From the NCBI GenBank assembly GCA_965207735.1, contig OZ242296.1, positions 2,304,001-2,368,000 of the forward strand: a stretch of DNA of 64,000 nt, written 5' to 3'. The translations under genes were made by a program, and so were the position numbers. Positions 58,002 through 64,000 of the stretch are shown in pieces (positions within the stretch are counted from its first letter, which is position 1; the number at the start of each line of letters is the position of its first letter). Under the pieces are notes generated by a model. That model made no database searches and was not told where the DNA came from. It saw only the letters and a program-made list of their open reading frames with translations. This DNA comes from Candidatus Versatilivorator sp. GTDB lineage: Bacteria; Acidobacteriota; Terriglobia; Versatilivoradales; Versatilivoraceae.

Positions 58002-59656
58002 GGGCCGCCCCCCGATCCCCTTCTAGCGTCAGGGTTGCATTGCCGTCCCGCTCCGGGACAGCGAAACCGGGCCGCCGCCGGGCCGGGGCGGTGCTGCTTC
58101 TGCTTCCGATCTGCCTGGCTCTCCAGCCGGCTCTCGGCCAGGAAACCGAAAACTCCTTTCAGAAACAGATCGAGGCGCTCCTCGAGCGGCCACAGCACCG
58201 CTCGGCCTTCTGGGGCCTTCAGATCGTCCGGCTCGACAACCGGGAAATCCTCTTCACGCACAATGCCGGCAAGCGCTTCCAGCCGGCATCCAATATGAAG
58301 CTGCTGGTTGCGGCCGCGGCCCTGGACCTGTGGGGCCCGGACCACCGTTTCCGCACTCCTGTCTTTCTGGAGGGACGCCTGGACAACCAGGGACGAGTGA
58401 TCGGCAACCTGGTGCTGGCGGGTCGGGGGGACCCCAACCCGGAGCGCCGCCTCTATGACCCGGAAGAGAAAGACCTCCCGATCCAGGGCTCGTCCCCCTT
58501 CATCGAAGGGATCGCCGATCAACTGGAGGAACGGGGAATTCGGCGGGTCGAGGGAGACATCGTGGCCGACACCACCCTCTTCCTGGATGAGCCCTACGGG
58601 GGCGACTGGGAGCAGGAGGACCTGTTCTGGCACTACGGGGCGCCATGCAGCGCCCTGGCCGTCTTCGAGAACGTCTACAAGGTTACACTCTCGCCCGGCA
58701 AGGGCCGCGGGGAGCCGGCGCTGCTGGAGGTGGCTCCCCCTCAGGCGACCCCGGAGGTCATCAGCCGGGTCTCGACCGGGCCGCCGGGGGGAAGACCCGA
58801 TATCCGGATTGGAGCCGACCGATCGGGCTCCCGCGTCACCCTGCTGGGGCGCCTGCCTCTGAACCGGCCGGCCCTGACCTACGCGCTGGCTGTTTCGGAT
58901 CCGGCCCTGAACGCCGCCCGCTACCTGAAGTCCTCCCTGGAGCGGCGGGGCATTGAGGTCAGCGGCCAACCCCGGGTCAGAGTCTTGGAGCCGATCGAAG
59001 TCATCGAGAACCGGAAAATTTCCCTGGCGAAGGCCCGGGAGAAACAATTCCTCTACCGGGAACAGCAGGAGCTGGCGAACTGGCAGTCCCTGCCGCTGAT
59101 CGACAACCTCAGGATATTGATCAAGAGCAGCCGCAACCTCTATGGCGAGATGCTGCTCCGCGGCTTGGGAGCGGAAGTCTCGGGCCTCGGCTCCCTGGAG
59201 ACTGGCCGGCAGGCCCTGGAAGCCTTTCTGGAAAGAGCCGGCATCGGCGCCGAGCCGCTCGACTTCAGCGACGGTTCCGGACTGTCCCGCACCAACCTGC
59301 TGACTCCCGAGTCGGTGGTTCGGCTGTTGCAATACATGGAGCGGCACCCGCGGGCCGAGGAGTTTCGGGATTGCCTGCCGGTTGCCGGACGGGACGGAAC
59401 CTTGAAGAACCGCATGAAGGGCACCGCCGCCCAAGGCCGGGTGCTGGCCAAGACCGGCACCCTGAAATTCGTGTCCTCCCTCTCGGGATACGCCACCAAC
59501 CGGGACGGCACCCGAATGGCGTTTTCCATCATGGCCAACAACACTCGGGGCTCGCCGCGGCAGGCGCGCCGGGCGATCGACGCCATCTGCGCGCTCATGG
59601 CCGGATCTTCGTGGAACGAGCCGACGGCGTTCGGCCAGCCGCAGGAGCGGCCCTGA
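57998..59656 (+). CDS. dacB: D-alanyl-D-alanine carboxypeptidase/endopeptidase (PBP4)
   Basis: SxxK PASNMK, SxN SRN, DGSGLSR.N and KTG. Confidence 0.93.
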   Translation: MRAAPRSPSSVRVALPSRSGTAKPGRRRAGAVLLLLPICLALQPALGQETENSFQKQIEALLERPQHRSAFWGLQIVRLDNREILFTHNAGKRFQPASNMKLLVAAAALDLWGPDHRFRTPVFLEGRLDNQGRVIGNLVLAGRGDPNPERRLYDPEEKDLPIQGSSPFIEGIADQLEERGIRRVEGDIVADTTLFLDEPYGGDWEQEDLFWHYGAPCSALAVFENVYKVTLSPGKGRGEPALLEVAPPQATPEVISRVSTGPPGGRPDIRIGADRSGSRVTLLGRLPLNRPALTYALAVSDPALNAARYLKSSLERRGIEVSGQPRVRVLEPIEVIENRKISLAKAREKQFLYREQQELANWQSLPLIDNLRILIKSSRNLYGEMLLRGLGAEVSGLGSLETGRQALEAFLERAGIGAEPLDFSDGSGLSRTNLLTPESVVRLLQYMERHPRAEEFRDCLPVAGRDGTLKNRMKGTAAQGRVLAKTGTLKFVSSLSGYATNRDGTRMAFSIMANNTRGSPRQARRAIDAICALMAGSSWNEPTAFGQPQERP

Positions 59657-59668
59657 CACGGATTTCTC

Positions 59669-60829
59669 ATGACCGATAGCGAACATCACGAGGACGATTC
59701 CCACACCGAGGCCCGGCTGCTGTTCGCGGCCAGCGAGCAGAATGCCGACCTGCTCTATGCCACCCGATTCTTCGCCCCCGATCCCTTTGCCTGTTTCCTG
59801 CACGGCGGCCGCTCCCACGTGGTGATGAACGACCTGGAGATCGATCGAGCCCGCCGCCAGGCCCGGGTGGACGAAGTGATTTCGTTGTCCGCGCTGCAGG
59901 CCGAACTCCGCGGGGAAGGTCGGCGTGCGATCACGACGGCGGCAGTGCTGCACCGGCTGCTGACCGGCAGGGGAGTGCGCACCCTGCTGGTTCCCTTCGA
60001 CTTCCCGGCGGGCCTGGCCTTTCAGTTGCGCCGCCGCGGATTGCCCGTCCGGGTCAAGGAGGGTCCCTTCTTCGACCAACGCCAGATCAAGGAAGCCCGG
60101 GAGGTCCGGCAGATCACCCGGGCGCAGCGCGCCGCCGAAGCCGGACTCCAGGCCGGCATCGATCTCATCCGGCAGGCCCGGATCACTTCCCGGGGAGGAC
60201 TGGAACAGGACGGGGCCGCCCTTACAGCCGATCGGGTGAAAGTGGCGATCAACACCGTGCTGCTGAAACTGGGGTTCGTGGCCACCCACACCATCGTGGC
60301 CGGCGGAACCCAGGGCTGCGATCCCCACAACGAGGGCCGCGGCCCCCTGCCGGCCCACCAGCCCATCATCCTGGATGTCTTCCCGCGCTCGCAGAAGGAC
60401 GGCTATTGGGGAGACATCACCAGAACCGTGGTCCGGGGCCGGGCCAGCGAAAAGATCCGGGCGCTCTACGGCTGTGTGGCCGAGGGTCAAACCCTGGCGC
60501 TCAGGCAGGCCCGGCCAGGCGCCGGCGGCCGGCAGATCCATCAGTCGGTCCGGGACTTCTTCGATTCGGAGGGCTTTCCGACCGGCCTGAAGCGGGGGCG
60601 GATGGAAGGGTTCTTTCACGGAACCGGCCACGGAGTCGGACTGGAGATCCATGAGCCTCCCCATATCGGCTCCAGGACGGAATCGATCCTGAGGGCGGGC
60701 CAGGTGGTCACCGTCGAGCCCGGCCTCTACTACCCCGGAGTCGGCGGCGTGCGCATCGAGGATCTGATCCTGATCACGCCCCGGGGCCACCGCAACCTCA
60801 CCCGGTTTCCCAAGGAGTTGGAGATATAG
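59669..60829 (+). CDS. Xaa-Pro aminopeptidase (M24B)
   Basis: GDITRT, HGTGHGVGLEIHE and TVEPGLYYPG.GGVRIED. Confidence 0.93.
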   Translation: MTDSEHHEDDSHTEARLLFAASEQNADLLYATRFFAPDPFACFLHGGRSHVVMNDLEIDRARRQARVDEVISLSALQAELRGEGRRAITTAAVLHRLLTGRGVRTLLVPFDFPAGLAFQLRRRGLPVRVKEGPFFDQRQIKEAREVRQITRAQRAAEAGLQAGIDLIRQARITSRGGLEQDGAALTADRVKVAINTVLLKLGFVATHTIVAGGTQGCDPHNEGRGPLPAHQPIILDVFPRSQKDGYWGDITRTVVRGRASEKIRALYGCVAEGQTLALRQARPGAGGRQIHQSVRDFFDSEGFPTGLKRGRMEGFFHGTGHGVGLEIHEPPHIGSRTESILRAGQVVTVEPGLYYPGVGGVRIEDLILITPRGHRNLTRFPKELEI

Positions 60830-60832
60830 GGG

Positions 60833-61663
60833 ATGGATGAAACCAAGGGCCGCGCCTATCCCATGGAGTACACCGAAGAGGAGTTGCGGCGGCTCCGGTT
60901 TCAAGGACGGTATTGGGGAGAGATCAGCCGGGAAGTGCTGCGGGAGGCCGGTATCGGCACCGGGATGCGCGTGCTGGACCTGGGCTGCGGGGCCGGCGAT
61001 TTCAGCCTGCAGGCCGCCGACCTGGTGGGACCCTCGGGGTCGGTCCTGGGCATCGACCGTTCACCCCCGGCCGTGCAACGAGCCAGCCGGCGCGCGGCTG
61101 CGCTGAGGATCGACCACCTGCGATTTCGGGCAGCCGACCTGGAGACGATCGACCTTCCGCTCACTTTCGACGCGCTCATCGGCCGCTTTGTCCTGATGTT
61201 CCTGGCCGACCCGACCAATACCCTGGCCAGAATGGTCGACCGTTTGAACCCGGGAGCAACAGTGGCCTTCATCGAAACCGACTTGGCGGTTGCCCGCTCC
61301 ATCCCGGCCGCACCCAGGGTCGAGACCGTGTTGGAGTGGATCAGAGAGACCTTCCGGCGGTCGGGGATCAGCCTGGACCTGGGTCCGCGGTTGTGGCGTG
61401 TCTTCCGGGACGCCGGCCTGGAAGAACCCCGCCTGGTGGTGCGCCAGAAGCTGCATCCGGCGCCTTGCAGGGAGGGGGTCCGGTGGGTCTCGGAACTGGT
61501 GCGTAGCCTTGTTCCCGAAATGGAACGGCTCGGGGTGGTCTCTGCGGAGGAGGTAGGAATCGAGACGCTTGAAGAGAAGATGCGCCAGGAACTGCTGCGC
61601 CGGGAGGCCACGCTGTGCACGCCGCTGGTCGTGGGAGCCTGCAGCCGAGTTCGGGCATCCTGA
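60833..61663 (+). CDS. Class I SAM-dependent methyltransferase
   Basis: GMRVLDLGCGAG, VLGID and FDALIGRFVLM. Confidence 0.9.
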   Translation: MDETKGRAYPMEYTEEELRRLRFQGRYWGEISREVLREAGIGTGMRVLDLGCGAGDFSLQAADLVGPSGSVLGIDRSPPAVQRASRRAAALRIDHLRFRAADLETIDLPLTFDALIGRFVLMFLADPTNTLARMVDRLNPGATVAFIETDLAVARSIPAAPRVETVLEWIRETFRRSGISLDLGPRLWRVFRDAGLEEPRLVVRQKLHPAPCREGVRWVSELVRSLVPEMERLGVVSAEEVGIETLEEKMRQELLRREATLCTPLVVGACSRVRAS

Positions 61664-61675
61664 AGCGGCGATTCA

Positions 61676-62824
61676 TTACCCCAAAGCCCGCTCCAGGAAC
61701 CAGTAGAGGCCGATGGCGCCGATGAGGATCGAGCCCGGCAGGACCACCCCCTTGCGGTACCAGGACTCCTTCCGGAACCATCCGACCGCGGCAAAGGCCA
61801 GCAGCAGCACGGCCACCTGACCCAGCTCCACCCCCAGGTTGAAGGCCGCCAGCGCCGTCATGAAGTGCTCTGACGGCAGACCCAGTTCCCGCAAAACATC
61901 GGCGAAGCCCAACCCGTGCAAGAGGCCGAACGCGAATACCACTGCCGGGCGCCAGGGCTTCAGCTCGGTAGTGGCCACGTTCTCGGCAGCCACATAGGCG
62001 ATGGAGAGGGCAATCAGCGACTCTACGGGCCGTGAAGGCAGCGAAACCAGGTCATAACTCGAGAGAACCAGGGTCACCGAGTGGGCCAGAGTGAAGGCGG
62101 TCACCTGCCAGAGGAGCGGTCGAAACCGCCGTCCCAGGAGAAACAGGCCCAGCACGAACAGAATGTGGTCCGCTCCCGCAGGAAGAATGTGCTCGAACCC
62201 CAGAATCAGATAGCTGAATGCGACCCTCCCCATGCCTTCCGCAACTCCCCCGCCCCGCATGGGATAGGGCGCGCTGTCCGCCCCAACCCCCAAGATCTGC
62301 TGGCTGGACCGGCCGGTGCGTTGATCCAACAGGGTGAGGTGCACCGCCTTGAAGGCCCGCGAGGCCCCAAAGGTCATGGTCTCGGCCTCGGCGGGAATCG
62401 CGCCCGACATCCTGGCCGTCAGTCCCAGCAGCGTGGGGAGCTCGTTCTCCAGCGCCAGTTCCGTCCCCCGTTGGGGAAAGGTGATCTCCGGCGCCTGCTT
62501 GACCCCGTCAAAGCGAATCCTCACCCGGCGCCGCACCGTCTGCCGGGCGTTCTCCACGGCCTCGGCCAGCTCCGCGGGAGTCATGGCCTGCAACTCGGCC
62601 ACCACCTCGGCCGAATCGGTGGTTGGCGAGACTCCCAGGGCCAAGGCGTCCACGTCCACCCGCAGGTCGATCCGGTAGGACCCCTCGCGTTGAATCAGCA
62701 GGGTGGCCTCGGTGAAGGCGAAATCGTGGGCCAGGGCCGGGACGGCAGCGAGGAGGGTCAGGGCCGCCAGACCAACGGTTGTTTTGATGAGGGAGTTCGT
62801 CAACGAAGTAGCGCGAAGGACCAC
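61676..62824 (-). CDS. HupE/UreJ-family protein with a periplasmic N-terminal domain (start uncertain)
   Basis: ALAH signal; LGFEHIL.G.DHILF, TAFTLAHS.TL, FGLLHGLGFA and FNLGVELGQ. Confidence 0.88.
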   Translation of the reverse strand: MVLRATSLTNSLIKTTVGLAALTLLAAVPALAHDFAFTEATLLIQREGSYRIDLRVDVDALALGVSPTTDSAEVVAELQAMTPAELAEAVENARQTVRRRVRIRFDGVKQAPEITFPQRGTELALENELPTLLGLTARMSGAIPAEAETMTFGASRAFKAVHLTLLDQRTGRSSQQILGVGADSAPYPMRGGGVAEGMGRVAFSYLILGFEHILPAGADHILFVLGLFLLGRRFRPLLWQVTAFTLAHSVTLVLSSYDLVSLPSRPVESLIALSIAYVAAENVATTELKPWRPAVVFAFGLLHGLGFADVLRELGLPSEHFMTALAAFNLGVELGQVAVLLLAFAAVGWFRKESWYRKGVVLPGSILIGAIGLYWFLERALG

Positions 62825-62845
62825 GAAGACACACCAACCTCAAGT

Positions 62846-63085
62846 ATCACTCCCCCCTTGAGGGGGAGTCGGCGAGAGGGCGGAGCCCGCTGTCGAGCCG
62901 GAGGGGGGCAAACTCGGCGTCCCGAAGGTGCGCCAGCCCGCAGTCGATCCGGAGGGGGGCCAACGCGGCGTTCCGTAAGAGCCGATCAGCGGCACTCGCA
63001 GAGCCACGAAGCGAGACGGACCTGCTTCAACGGCACGCGTTGCCGCAAAGCTGCGCCGGAGGGAGGCCAACGCGGCGGCTCGTGA
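62846..63085. repeat. REP-like element (family J) with three CCGGAGGG.GGC.AAC.CGGCG sub-repeats
   Basis: ACTCCCCCCTTGAGGGGGAGT hairpin, then repeats at about 62898, 62949 and 63056. Confidence 0.65.
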
Positions 63086-63127
63086 GTGACTATCAGCGGC
63101 GGCGGATCAATTACAGTTGCCCCGCCG

Positions 63128-63946
63128 CTAGTAGGACCCCGTGAGGTAGACCTCCCCCGTGAGATGGCGTGCCCCTCCGGCCGGCTCCATGGTGACCGCA
63201 ATCTGCACCGGTGGACTTGCCCGGTCCAGGTCGACCACCTCCAGATAGCCCTGCCCGGCGGGATTGACTCGAAAGGTCCCCGCACCCACGGGCTTGTCGG
63301 CAATCAGCCAGAGCTGGTAGGTCTTTTCCCGGGAGAGTTGCGGCAGCCTGGAGGTGTAGAGCCGCGCCTTGCGTTCCTGGCCGCTCCAGAACACCGCTCC
63401 CCTGGCTTCGGGGCTCTTGGGGGTCCCCAACAGGAGCAGGGCCCGGACATCGGGGTCGTTCGGAAATGGCGGAGCGCCACCCACCTTGTCCAGTCGGGCC
63501 TGAAGTTCGCGAACCTCACCCGCCAAGCCGGCCAGGCCGGCCTGATAGGCGGCGACTTCCCGGTCGAGGCGGCGCTGGTTTCCCACGGAGAACGCCAGCG
63601 CCAAGCCTGCCGCGACGGCGCAGGCCCAGGCAAGCCAGCGCCGGACGGCGGAGACCTCCCGCGATGGCGGGAGCTTGCCGACCCGGTTGGCGCCCCTCTC
63701 GGGCCTCACATTCCTGACGGCCTCCAACACCTGCTCCCTCAGTCCGGGCGAGAGAGGCAGGTCAGGCGACAGCCGAGACGAGGGAGAAACGGGACGCTCG
63801 GATACCGGAGCCGCCGGCTCGCCGTTGGAGCCCACGCCGGCCTTCGGCCCGTGCACCCCCTTGGAGTCGAGAGTCCCCGCTGCACCTGTCCCGCCGGGCC
63901 TGGCGGTCGGTCCGCGGTCCGTTTCCCGATCTCCTGATGCAGCCAT
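63128..63946 (-). CDS. Anti-sigma factor (RskA-like C-terminal domain)
   Basis: P.L..QVL, a TM segment and coiled coil; YQLWLI, GTF and IAVT.EPAGG. Confidence 0.8.
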   Translation of the reverse strand: MAASGDRETDRGPTARPGGTGAAGTLDSKGVHGPKAGVGSNGEPAAPVSERPVSPSSRLSPDLPLSPGLREQVLEAVRNVRPERGANRVGKLPPSREVSAVRRWLAWACAVAAGLALAFSVGNQRRLDREVAAYQAGLAGLAGEVRELQARLDKVGGAPPFPNDPDVRALLLLGTPKSPEARGAVFWSGQERKARLYTSRLPQLSREKTYQLWLIADKPVGAGTFRVNPAGQGYLEVVDLDRASPPVQIAVTMEPAGGARHLTGEVYLTGSY

Positions 63947-64000
63947 AGCCAGCCTCTTGACGCCCGGGGTTCCCCGGTTCCAGGGACCGGGTTAGACCTT

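Noticed and set aside
57818-60904. Very long antisense ORFs (1028 aa here; also 52693-55308, 18589-20463, 21026-22858 and others)
   Set aside because: Shadow frames of high-GC3 genes on the opposite strand, with no recognisable motifs.

Overview
High-GC bacterial chromosomal window. It is most likely an Acidobacteriota genome (inferred from the TonB-ExbB-ExbD-ExbD-TPR cluster, the insert-bearing SecF and an acidobacterial-type surface-protein C-terminus). It is possibly host- or sponge-associated (inferred from a plant-type LRR protein and duplicated small TM/coiled-coil proteins). About 50 CDSs are present, mostly housekeeping: lysC, dapB-dapA-dapD, dacB, hpt, tgt-yajC-secD-secF, tatA, clpS, HtrA, methylmalonyl-CoA mutase and an Fe3+-type ABC transporter. 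I found no rRNA, tRNA, CRISPR array or intact transposase. Five things stand out. (1) A bchI-bchD-bchH magnesium-chelatase-like operon in which a stand-alone C-terminal half of H precedes a gene starting with the H N-terminus, with no other phototrophy genes in view. (2) A transposase-less 3.86-kb cassette bounded by 15-bp inverted repeats that carries an LRR surface-protein gene and splits a resident repeat; a collapsed empty version of the same ends lies at 6207. (3) Dense, nested, modular intergenic repeat families, including tandem arrays of ~180-bp and exact 188-bp units. (4) A ComEA-like helix-hairpin-helix insert in SecF. (5) An inverted duplicated small gene that differs by one heptad, and a macro-domain gene scrambled by a templated duplication. 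All calls come from reading motifs by eye; no database searches were run.
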